A stretch of DNA of 64,000 nucleotides from Camelus ferus (lineage: Eukaryota), in the NCBI RefSeq assembly GCF_009834535.1, contig NC_045696.1:38070001-38134000 (forward strand). Direction: 5' to 3'. The position numbers and the translations under genes were made by a program. The notes under the pieces were generated by a model. It did no database searches. It had not been told where the DNA came from and saw only the letters and a program-made list of their open reading frames with translations. Shown piece after piece: positions 39,412 through 51,005 of this stretch. Position 1 is the stretch's first letter. Every line of letters starts with the position of its first letter.

Positions 39412-39814
39412 AAAAAAGAATTTTGGCTGATTTTATTTAAATACAGTCTGATAGACTGTGGTAGCAAAGTTTGTATAAGCCTTGTTTTGAAAATTTAAGA
39501 GTATCTGGATGCCACAAGTTTTAGGTCAATTTGTAATTTAAAGTATCTTAAAATTTAAGATACACAATTAGCAGATTATAATTATGTTTAATAGAACACA
39601 TTACTTAAATCTAATATAATAATCATTAAGTTTTTAAAGATGAAATCAGAATATATATTATAAACTCAATTTTCTTAAACTAAAAAGAATATTCAACTCT
39701 GTAAGTATAAATAAAACAATGTCAATTTCACCTTTGTCTGTCTCTCCTCCTCTCCTCCCCACTCCAACCTACTCATTTAATTGAATTTAAGGAGAATGAA
39801 AGTTTAGTTACATT

Positions 39815-39980
39815 ATTCACAAGAGTTCAAACCTTGGCCTTTTCTTACTAGCTGTGTGAATTTGATTAATTTACTTAAATCAGCCTTTCTAAGGCTCAAG
39901 TTTGTCATCGGTCAAATGGAAATAATAATAGTACCCATATCTTAGGATTGACATAAAGACTAAATAAAGCAGAGTATATA
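39815..39980 (+). mobile_element. MIR SINE
   Basis: gagttcaaaccttggc...cttactagctgtgtga...aaatggaaataataatagtaccc. Confidence 0.75.
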
Positions 39981-41259
39981 ATATAAAGCTCCTTCTACGT
40001 AAGTGTGGGTCCTATTAACATTTTGTTAACAGCTTTTCCACTGGAACTCAGCTTGCTTTGCTAATATCCGTGGCCCAAGCTGAAAGTTCACTTAATGATG
40101 TGTTCTTTCAAAACATGTCCAGTGCCTGAAGTTGATCCCCACATGACTCAGGTTCAGTCCAGCTCTGGGCCAAGGCTCACTATGGAAACTTTCACAGCCT
40201 CTATCACAGAGTCACCTCACTACTTGCCATGTTAGGCCGAAAGGAAGGCCTGTTGATATTTAACTCAGGTTTCTTCCCATGTTCAACCTTACTCCAGAAA
40301 TCTATTGACATTAAACTCCTTCTCTCCTTCTGCCTACCCATGGTTCAAAGCCAAAATGTTGATGCAGACATCCCTCACGCTGAATTGGGATATTGGTGGG
40401 GAAACTCAAAAATGTCGTATTTTCCAAGAGTCCAAAATGTGAATAAAGGCAAAAGACAAGTCATAGTTCTCAAATTACTTAACACATGTGCCTTTTTTTC
40501 CTTTTCTGTCACATCTTCCTTCTCTTCATAATCCATTATAAATAAAAGAGGTAAGTTCCCCTCCCTGACTTCAGCTTCATAGCTAAAGCTTAATGGTAGG
40601 AAAGCATGAGGAAAAAGAGGAGAACAAGCTTATCCACAAGGGTGCTTAATTTCAGAATTTTTTTTGTCATCCATTACCAGTCATATTATAAATTATTATT
40701 CATTTAGTTAAAACATCTATGATTATGATTTTAAACTGGTTTAAGACTCAATAAATAATCTTAGATTCATCTAATAACCTGACTCATCACTATTCCAAGA
40801 GACAGCACCAATGAATATTATTTGTAGTATTTCTATGTAAAATACAACAGACACTGCATACATTACATTATTTCAGAAAGAATTGTGAGTTTCTGAATGT
40901 GTAGAGTAGAGATAGTTTTATAAATACCAAAAATAATTCTCACTGGTGAATTTACCACAGTGTAAATATTACCATATCCTATGATTAAAGCAATCACCAG
41001 AGGAAATCAAAGAATTTGCAGAAAATTTTTCTTGATAATTGCTAATTTGCTGAACTCCTTTCCTGGTTATATCATTAATGGAAATTAAGAGGATGCTTTT
41101 GCCTTTACTGCATTCATTTCTTCCTACCAATATATTTCTAGAATATATTTTGTGACTAATATTGAGGGAAATATCAGCTAATTTAGCTTATGCCATCAAT
41201 TTGTTCCAGTCAAGTCTATTTACCTGCCATTGTATTCTCCCTTGTAAAGAATCCCTGTA

Positions 41260-43700
41260 GTAAAGAGTAGGGTTTTCAGGATGTGACTTCTTGGAAATGC
41301 TACAGTATCCTTTAACTTGACAGAATGACTACAGAGTTCCGGTGGTATTCATTCCATATCCCTGGTATATCTGGGTTGGTTCTGTTCAGAGTGATTTTTC
41401 TGTTCCCAACATCAGGGTACATGAGTGCTCAAATGTCCTGAACCAGAGATAAGCTTAGTGAACCCACCCCAACTCTGAGTGTAGACACTCATGGCTCTGA
41501 TGGTGGTGTTTTTTCAGCAGTTTGACCAGCTGCCTTTGTAGTTTGATTAACAGAAAAAGCATACCTGTGCCCAGTGTTATGAATAGCGTGTGCCACAGGC
41601 CAGTTTTCTGGACCAGTATTGGTAATATCAGATGGTAAGAGCACTAGTCCTAGCTTGTTCTTCCTTAATGTAATACAGGGCCTTCCAGTTCCCTCCCTGG
41701 AATAGTGATACCCATCACGGCAATCCTGATGACCTAGAAAGAGGCAGTTGGCTACATATCCAACAACTGGACTTGACTCCTCTGCTGGGCATACAAGTGG
41801 GCTCACCATAGAAAGGTATTTCCATAAGCTGCTCATCCTGCGACCAGAAATCATAGAAGCAGCAGAAATCAAAGGTCAAAAAGACAGACAGCTAGCAGGA
41901 AGACATATGAGAAGATCTTCTCCTATAAGAATAACACTTGTGGCTCAATCCTTAGATGTTAATGTGGCTGTAGCTTTGGGAATCTGACATGGTTGTGCAT
42001 ACCATACATATTAGTCAGGGGAAGCAGCACTGTCAGGCACACAGAGATAGACTTGGGGCAGAATTTCAGACCAGGACACCCACCCTCTCTCCCATCTCAA
42101 TGATGATGTTGCATTCCAGGCACAGTGCATTTCAACAGGTTCAGCTTGGCAGCAGAACAATGGGATCACAGCAGAGACTGGGTAGTTCCCCTTCACTGAG
42201 GGGTTTGAAGTAACTCAGCCATCCTGGTGGGACATCCCATTGCAAATTCCAGTAGAAAATGCCTTTGTGATGGAATTTGGTGTTCTCAGGAACATAGCAC
42301 AGTGATCCACAGTGAGAGTCAGGGCAACTGCTATCTCCCAAGGCCTCAAGATTCCCCTTATCTTTACAGCATTGGATGTCTTGACAGGGGTTCCCAGTCT
42401 GGTATCTGGGATAACAGGCCCTATCTGTTGATCATTCAAATGTATTAAAGCCCGGGGTTTGTACTTTAATCCGCCTGGTCAAGGTGGTTTTTCTCGTTAG
42501 TAATTTAAATTGCTGCTTTAATATTCCATTATTCCTTTCTACCAACCTTGCTGCTTGCAGGTTGTGGGGTAGATGGAACCTCCATTCAATGTCATGTTAT
42601 TTCACCTAGTGTTGCATATAGCGATGTGACCCCTGGTCACTTCTATCTGACAAGAGAATCCATACATGGTATTCAGCTTCTTTAATTCCCTCATGGTGGG
42701 AGTCTGTTTTGCATGGCAAGAGGGGAAAGTTTGGGTTAGGCTAAACAAGGTGCTTATGCACATTAAGACATATTTAGAACACTCAATTGGAAGGGTGTAA
42801 TAAATTTGCCAATTCCTTTACCAGTTGGGAACTCTGGTGGATGGCCCCAGGCTCCTTAGGCAATGTGTGTTTGAGCACACAGAACCTGTTTTTACCGCAT
42901 CGACCAAGTCACTGTATTTCAAGGGCAATCTGGCTTTCTTTGGCAATATTTCATCCCATCTGGGCACTATGGTGGTGGCTATTCTTACGTACCCAGTCTG
43001 TTGTATCAACTGAAGGGACAAATACATCAACAAGCCCAGTGTGCATATATTCTTTCATCATAAATGTTTCCTGAGTTGGGGGTTTCTCCACTGGCTGGGG
43101 TTGTTGTTGGTAGTGCTTTTGCTTTTCTTCATATTAGGGTTCTAAGGACATGGGGCACTTCATCTGTTTCTCTCTTAATCACCGTAACATCCTTCTCTTA
43201 AGTCTCTTTACTTTCCCAAGGATTTCACCTCTTAGCATCTCAATCAGGCTTTGCCACGAGTGTTCAGACCTTAATTCATGTAGTCTTGCACCTTCTCAGC
43301 TTTGTAAAACACACTAAGTTCTCCAATTTATCCTGCTTTCCTACTTTGTCTGCCAGACCTGAAGCTTGCAGAGCAGTCCTTTTCTAACCTCAGCTCTTCT
43401 TCCAACTGGAGCTTCAGGCTCTAGTTGGGCATCAGTGGTGAGCCGACCTGCCCCAGGTGGAGTCCAGCCCGCTGCGGCAGCCGTGCATTTCTCTTCTCTG
43501 CTACAGCGCCCTATGACAGTTCCACAGACACGTTAAACCTGAGGTGTTCTTGTACTCAGGTGGCGGTCCACAAGCACCCAACATACAGGTCACCCTTCCA
43601 CACACAGAGGTCAATGGACAACTTGGGATTTCACCTGTGGACCTCCCCTGTGGACCTCTTTCCCAAGAGCTATTTCTCTGGTCCCCTGTGTGGCTTGCCA
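41260..43700 (-). mobile_element. Internally deleted ERV internal region: leader, gag stub, integrase, dUTPase-like segment, env SU remnant (all disrupted)
   Basis: Minus-strand translations: LEEELRLEKD (gag-like, ~43400), SDQGSH (42624-42641), HDIEWRFHLPHNLQAARLVERNNGILKQQFKLL (~42500-42597, integrase core), SSCWICSQLPLSRSSGLP (~41718-41771, env). Confidence 0.85.
43683..43700 (-). promoter_or_regulatory. Primer-binding site, tRNA-Arg-like
   Basis: Minus strand TGGCAAGCCACACAGGGG lies 2 nt after the LTR-terminal CA; 14/18 match to TGGCGAGCCAGCCAGGAG, the complement of the tRNA-Arg(ACG) 3' end as recalled. Confidence 0.65.
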
Positions 43701-43702
43701 AT

Positions 43703-44092
43703 TGTTGGGAGTTTTTCAAGTGTAATCTGAAACTGGTCTTCATACAAGGAGTGCAACAAAAGACAGAAGAGGTAGACCATCCCAGATGGGCAAGTGGCAG
43801 TTTTAATGAGCAAGGGAACTTACATATGAGGCTTTTCTTTGGTGGCTGCTAGTGACTAGATCTCTGTCTCCACCTGCCATAATCTTAAAACATTATGTAG
43901 AGACCGTAACAAAGTTCAATCACATATACCATCCAGATTGTCACACCATTTTACTCTCTCAAGGCTGCATTTGTGGAGTGGCTCCTAGCATGAAAAAGTG
44001 CAAGAACGTACATCCCAAGGACAGAAGAGGAGAGAATCACTGATTGTCTGGATCCTGCTCACAGATCAACCAGAGATCACATCCTCTTAATG
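43703..44092 (-). mobile_element. 5' LTR of the provirus (outer end apparently truncated)
   Basis: Ends ...tcccaaca on the minus strand next to the PBS; ATTAAA-type signal on the minus strand near 43802-43807. Confidence 0.75.
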
Positions 44093-47000
44093 CACAGAAT
44101 GTGGTTGTGAAGACTAAGTTAGGGAATGGATACAAAATGGTCAGCACAGTGCCTGGATACAGGAAGCACTCCAGACCATATCATATTGTGAAGTACTTAT
44201 GGCTCTTTCCCTAACAAGGCCTGTCCACTGATGCCTTCCCAATCCAGGCCACAATATCTATTGTTCTAAATAGGATTTGGCATAGTAGACGAAAGCAAAG
44301 TCATCAAATTATCATACTTAACATGAAAAGCTCAGCTGTAAGACAGAAAGTTTTAGAAGAATGCTTACTGTGCCAGTGTTTCTCATCTGAAAGAAAAGAC
44401 TTACACTGAGATTGGACAGGAGAAGTTGGAGGGCAAAGTGACAGGGATCAGCTAAACTCTTTGGGAATCTGAGATTAAAGGGAACCAATGCCTGCTTCCC
44501 ATCTGGACCCTAGGGAGGCAACAGTTTCACTATAGTCCTCGGGCCATCACAGGGGCAGTAAAAACTTCTCATGTGCACACTATTTGGAATGTTGAGGCAG
44601 CAGCAGGGAGAGGCTGTCCTAGTGAACATCCTAGGAACACAAAGTAGTTTTAGAGGTGTCAAATGTCTCTGATTTTTGGAGGAAAGTATGAATGTAAGTT
44701 GAAAGGAATAAAATGCCGACAGCCCTAAAGAATCTCACAATTATGACAAGGAAAAGGGCCAAGAGGGGTTTGGTTCGTCCCAGCCATATATTCAGGGGCT
44801 GGTTGAAAACAGAGGCATCTTATTGCATGCTAGCTAGAACTGCAAGCATGGTTAATAATTGAACCTCTCACCAAAGTAAGGCCATGAAGCTATCATACCA
44901 ATAGATTAAAAACCAATCTGGTTATTGGAAGTAAAGGAAAATATACTAAACTGACACAGCATACATCTGAAACGATCAAGTTTACCTGGAATTGACCAAA
45001 ATTAGATATTTTCCCTAAAAACATTGTCACATTTTTCTATACCTGAAATATGTGGCCTATGATTTTTGAATCTAGGACACTAAATAATAGTTATCGTTCT
45101 TATTTAATACTCATGTCAGAAATTTAACAAAGCTTTTTTTTTTTAAGTGGAGAACAGATTTTAGGATGATGTTACTTAGATATAACAACCTAAATATCAA
45201 GAAAATATTTTCCTTCACATTGAAAAATTAGTAATCTCATTAGCCCATCTGCTTCCTATGAACTCTGCATGATAAAAGACTATTGAAAAGCAGTGAACAG
45301 GATCCGGCAGCAGGAAAGCAATCTCACACCACATTTAGAACTACGATTAAGTAACAAAGCACTGATTGGTCCCTGGAGTAACATACACCCATAGATTAAG
45401 AGTCAGGGTTAAAAAACTGCACTTTAGATCATGTCATGGCAAACCTAAGAAGGCCTATACCACAATTTGGCCACAGTTTCTGATATGCTAAAATTAGTTA
45501 ACTTGAAAAGGTCTGTGGTTAGAGTTAATTTATTTAAATTATTTTGTGTTTCCCTTCATGTAAGTCATTCAATAGCCAGAAAAAAAAATGAATAAAATAA
45601 AGAAAAAAACTAAAATAATCCATAAACTATGAAAACAAATAAAAATCTGTATTTAAGTAGCTCATTTGCCTAAGGATATTTTATAAGATATAAGTACTAT
45701 ATTTTATTTCTATATTAATGATTTGTGAATTAGACAAATTTATTGTCAATAGAAAAGTCTGAAGCAGGAATGTCTTCTAGAGAATATATAGGACCTAACA
45801 AACATTTAAAGTGTTGACTCTGTTCAGACCTGGACTCTACTAATGAATAGTGAGGGAAATAACATGCTGATTCAAGGACTAAATAACCAGTACCACATCA
45901 AACAGTACCACAAAGACTATTTCCTAGTCACCCCACACAGACTAGACACTCTCTTCTATTAATAATTTACACTAAATAACGTATGTCTGTAGCTAGCTGC
46001 CATTTGGCTCTGATTTCATGACCTAGTAGGGAGTTTGGCTTATGTATAGTGGAGATATGAGCCTTCCCCAAAGCTTCCCTGACATTTCCTTATGTCTCTC
46101 AATTCCTGGTCAGCTGCTGTGCTGATTGAATTTGCTGTTCACTTCCTCATTTCATGTCAATATCTCATCATAATTAATAATATCAATCACAGGCTATATT
46201 TGAACACAAAGTACCACATCTGTGCAGCTAGCATTCCACTTGAGATTTTAGCCAATCCATATTCTACCCAGTACAGACTAATTTTTCCTGTTCTTGGCAC
46301 ATTTTCCACATTGCCCTAAACTATTCAATTCATAAATAGAGATAATTTTATTTTATAATTCATAAAAACTTAGCATTTAGTTGTTTTTATTCATTTTTAA
46401 ATGCTTTGAAGGAAAAAAAATCAAATGTATTAAAAAATAAAGGTGTTCACTAGTTTTTCTAACTAAAAAGACTAGGTGTAGGTCAGGGTTCAAGTACAGT
46501 TTGACCTGAGATCCACCTTAAATTCTCTGTGACAATGCCTATTCTGAACTTAGCATGTGGCAAGGTGAGTGATACTAGCATAAGTGACTTAGATCAACAA
46601 GGACCCAACTCTGAAGTTGAGGGTGTGGTTAACTCTACCCAAATCACTTAGTTAATGTATAATGGTAAGGTAAAATTTAGGGGTCTACTCAACATCTATA
46701 AACACCTCATAAACCTATCAAGGTATTCATAGGAAGATATATTTGTCTTTAAAAATGCCTAAGCTATAAAACAAATCCATTCCCTCTCCAAAAAAGAAAA
46801 ACTGAGTTTCAAATACCTATGCCTATCTGTTTTAAGTCCAGAGTCTGCAGGGGTATTCCATTTTCTTAGTCAGGCCTTCTTCAGGAGCCTCTTTATGGCC
46901 TACTGGTTACAGGTTAAATGACAATTTATCTTCTTACAACATTTGCCCTAATCCATGGCAATAATTGCTTCACTAATAACTTACCTTTGGAAATGAGAAG

Positions 47001-47314
47001 GGTTAAATAGAATATACAGTGTCTATTTGCCATAGCACATACTATAACTAGACAATAATGCAAGAACTCTGCCCTGGCAGTGTGGTGAATTACTTGGTCA
47101 GTCAGTCTGACAGCTTCTAGTTTTGCTTTCTGGGAGAATAGCTCTTGCTCACTGTCTTCCATGTCAATAGCTGGAATAGGCATAGGCGTGATGTCTTTCT
47201 GGGAACTGGATAAATTTTACAGTACTCCTATTAAAAGAATTCCGTAACACAAGGGACTGAATAATCATCCTTTTTCTATCACTCAAGGCTGAACATAGTT
47301 CAGCAATATAGTCT

Positions 47315-47779
47315 GCTATGGTAGTCTAAATTATTTTCCCCTTTCTTTACTCCTTCTTTTATCCATGCCCTTTGTCATGTGACTTTGCAGTTCGCCCAGT
47401 CTGACATGAGGTAGCATATATTCCATGCTAATTTGATACAGCCATATGATTTGTTTGGCCAATGGCATGTTCGTGGACACAAATCAAACAGAAGATTGAC
47501 ATGTACATGTCTGTTTCTGCTTGCTTTCTGCTCCTTTGGAAACTGTCATGAGTTCATACCCTAGAAAGTCCATTGGTCACAGAACAACAACTAAGACAGA
47601 AACTCATGATTTGGAGACAACCCACCTGATCACAGTTTATATCTGCCTTATCCCAAGGAAACGACAGAGACATGAATGAGAAATAAAGGCTTTTTATTTT
47701 ATGTTGCTAAGAATGTTGTGTTTTTTTGTTGTTGTTTGTTTTTTAAAAAGCACTATTAAGAATATTGATGGCAGTGACA
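47315..47779 (+). mobile_element. MaLR LTR (MLT1G/H-like)
   Basis: ccatgccctttgtcatgtgactttgcagtt...gccatatgatttgtttggccaatgg...gagaaataaaggc. Confidence 0.75.
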
Positions 47780-48074
47780 AAACTGGTATCCAGAAGTGGG
47801 GTACTACACATCAAAATTTTAAAATGTGTAGCATTATTTGTGGGGCCTATGGAGGGGGAAGTAATAGTTATAAAAGACTGAAAACTTAGATTAAAAAATT
47901 TTAAAAGGGACTGGAAAAATAGAGACGTGTTATGTAATGGCCAAACATTTGTAACAACTATCACCTGGAGTAAACTGGAAAATAGGAAATATGCCTCCTG
48001 ATCTTGTGGCCTTGGGAAAGAGGGTTACCAGGAAGAACACTGAAAACATAAGCTGGCTCCTATGAGCTGTATTT

Positions 48075-48114
<40 letters not shown>

Positions 48115-48345
48115 AATTTGAAAAATTTGGGGAAAAAACATGCTCGGGGAAAAATAGCCAGTTTACAAACAAAACTGAAAAAGAATATAGAAAGCCTGGA
48201 AAATCTGGAACTCAGCAGGCTGGAAAATAAAAGCATTTCCCAATACCAAAAAAATATTTAATTTAATATAAATACTGGGGGCTAAGTAAGTCTAATATAT
48301 GTAACTGGAAGGATAGCTAAAATCACATGTGGTATGATCATTACT
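47780..48345 (+). mobile_element. MaLR internal (MLT1-int) 5' fragment containing a (TAAA)n tract at ~48076-48115
   Basis: Starts aaactggtatccagaagtggggtact, the typical MaLR-int start; tgttatgtaatggccaaacatttg. Confidence 0.75.
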
Positions 48346-49199
48346 AATCAAAACTACAATGAGGTATCACCTTACACCAGTCACAATGGCCATCATTCAA
48401 AATTCCACAAACAATAAATGCTGGAGAGGCTGTGGAGGAAAGGGAACCCTCCTACACTGTTGCTGGGAACATAGTTTGGTGCAGCCATTATGGAAAACTC
48501 AAAAGATTCCTCAAAAGACTAAAAATAGACCTACCATATGATCCAGCAATCACACTCCTGGGCATATATCCCGAGGGAAACTTAATTCAAAAGTATACAT
48601 ACACCCTAATGTTCATAGCAGCACTATATACAATAGCCAAGACATGAAAACAACCTAAATGTTACATTGACAGATGACTGGATAAAGAAGTTGTGGTATA
48701 TTTATACAATGGAATACTACTCAGCCATAAAAAATAATAAAACAATGCCATCTGCAGCAACATGGATGGATCTGGAGATCATCATGCTAAATGAAGTAAG
48801 TCAGAAAGAGAAAGAAAAATACCATATGATATCACTTATACGTGGATTCTAAAAAGAAAAAAAAAACCCAACAAACTTATTTGCAAAACAGAAACAGACT
48901 CACAGACACAGAAAACAAACTTATGGTTACCAGAGAGGGGAGAGGGTGGGAAGGATAAAACTGTGAGTTCAAGACTTGCAAATATTAACTATTATATATA
49001 AAATGCATAAACAACAGGTTTATACTGTATAGCACAGGAAACTATATTCAATATCTTGTAGTAACCTATGGTTTAAAAGAATATGAAAACAAATATATGT
49101 ATGTTCCTATATGACTGAAGTATTTTACTATACACCAGAAATTGACACAACACTGTAAACTGACTATACTTCAATAAAAATATATTTAAAAAAAAAAAA
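48346..49199 (+). mobile_element. Young 5'-truncated L1 3' end with poly(A)
   Basis: ORFs 48359-48852 translate to L1 ORF2 C-terminal motifs ([26 protein letters not shown]); 3' UTR matches the copy at 22734-24140. Confidence 0.95.
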
Positions 49200-49219
49200 C
49201 AAGAATTAAAGTGGTGCTT

Positions 49220-49455
49220 CCTGATTCTGATTCTCTCAGAAAGGACTAGTCTAGGTTTAAGACACAAGTGTTATCAAGGAAGTACTCCCAGGAGAAACTG
49301 GCAAGGATGTGTAGGATAAAGAAATGGACCAAACCAAGCAGCGTGCAATTTTAAGTCTGGGACTCAGCCTGATACCATGTAGAATTCTATGCATAAATCG
49401 GCATTCTGAAGTTTGTCTCTCCTCAAGGCAAGGAATTGGCTTATTTTTGTACTCA
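49220..49455 (-). mobile_element. ERVL LTR fragment (LTR16-like)
   Basis: gtactcccaggagaaactggcaagg...ctcagcctgatacc...gtttgtctctcctcaaggcaaggaattggc. Confidence 0.45.
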
Positions 49456-50134
49456 ACAATATAATTTTAAATAAAGTCGGCTAATATATTTACTTCAAAA
49501 TTTGGTATCAATTACATATTAATTCCATCTCATGATACTTTAACCAAAGCTAAAGCTCATGTTGATTTATTGTCTCTGAATCTACTAGTAACAAATTACA
49601 GTGTTAATAATCTTTCCCACAGTCATTTTAACATTTACTGAAAAAATTCAAGGGGAAGTACAATAATTGGGATGGAAACAGGAGATTGTGCTTCCCCTGC
49701 CCCAAATCATAAATTCTGTTATCTCTATTGTCTCCATATTTTTGCTTCTATTTATCTTCTTTGAGACAGAGTCTGGCTGGTCCAAACCTACTTAGCTGTA
49801 GAGTTCTGAGCTTGCAGCCAGTTGGTGATGACAGTCCTCAGGAGGAAAGTGCTCTTTTAGTGATATTAGAAAATACCACTTTACATGAGGCTAAATATAT
49901 CTCTTCATTTAGACTTCACTGAAGTCTAAAGTTGCCCTAAATCCTAATATTTTGATTTTTTTCTTAAGGGTCCTGTTTGTTAGAGGATTACATGATCCAA
50001 TAAAATCCACAGATTATGGAGAAAATAATCCCGTCATAACCATTGTGGATATAGTAATGCATTAAAGTGATCAAAGGAGAGAATATTGAGAGAAGGTCAG
50101 ATAAATGTGTTTGGGGGGAAAAGTGGGATGGAAA

Positions 50135-50342
50135 AGGGTTGTTAAATAAATAAAAGACATCTATTTAAATTTTAATTTCAGATAAATGGAAAAAATTGAT
50201 ATTGGTATATCCCAAATATTACACAGAACATGTATATTTATATGTGTATATAAAATACTTGTTTGTCTGAAAATCAAATTTAACTGAAAGTCTGTTTTTA
50301 TTGTTGTGATTTTGTTTTGTTTTTGCTAAGTTAGCAACCCTG
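50135..50342 (+). mobile_element. MER53 palindromic MITE
   Basis: Termini agggttg...gcaaccct; internal inverted arms ttaaattttaatttcagataaa / tttgtctgaaaatcaaatttaa. Confidence 0.8.
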
Positions 50343-51005
50343 AGGAGGTGTGGCTGTGGCGGGAATTGAGGGCTGAAGAGGGAGAGGGCTATCGTGTAGA
50401 GTATTACAGCCATTTCAAGGTCTTAGTCTTTTGCCTTAAGTGAGATTTAAAAAATAATAATTAATGGCTTAAATGTGAAGAAAGATATGATTTATCTTAC
50501 ATTTTTATAGAATGTATAGTTGGCAATAAACTGAAAGGGAGAAACGATGGAAGCGTGGAAACAAGTTAGCACAATTCTCCAGCAATTCAGGCAACAAGTG
50601 CTGGTGACATGCAGTAAGACTGTAGGAGTGATCACGGTGCTAAGTAGTATGATTTTGGATTAATTCTGAAGGTAATGCAGATAGGATATACTAAATGATT
50701 AATGGTAAAATGGTAAAGTATAAAGGAAAGGAGACAAGAATGGATATGGTAATTTTATTCTGTTTTTTCCCTTGGCAACTGGGAAAAAGAAGTTCCCACA
50801 TACAGGGGTAATAAAGATTATAGGAGAAACAGTTTTAGTGGATGAAATGAGTAGGTCTATACTGGACATGTTAAGTTTGAGAAATCTGATACACATCCAA
50901 GTGAAGATGGTGAGTACACAGTTAGATCTAAGGATAGATGGTCAGGACAAAAAAAAATTGAAAATTATATGCTTATAGGATATTTAAAGTCATGGAACTA
51001 AGTAT
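50343..51005 (-). mobile_element. L2 fragment
   Basis: ggacatgttaagtttgagaaatctgatacacatccaagtgaagatggtgagtacacagttagat is characteristic antisense L2. Confidence 0.8.

Noticed and set aside
39543..39563. 10-bp perfect inverted repeat gtatcttaaa-a-tttaagatac (similar case at 27971-27995)
   Set aside because: Short AT-rich palindromes of this size are plausible by chance in 64 kb and have no supporting context.
41489..41872. 127-aa minus-strand ORF as an intact env or novel gene
   Set aside because: The CWIC env motif lies in a different, stop-containing frame, so this ORF is mostly off-frame proviral debris.
44337..45015. Possible ancient LTR (similar case at ~2620-3130)
   Set aside because: The composition is LTR-like, but I could not fix termini, a TSD or a family with confidence.
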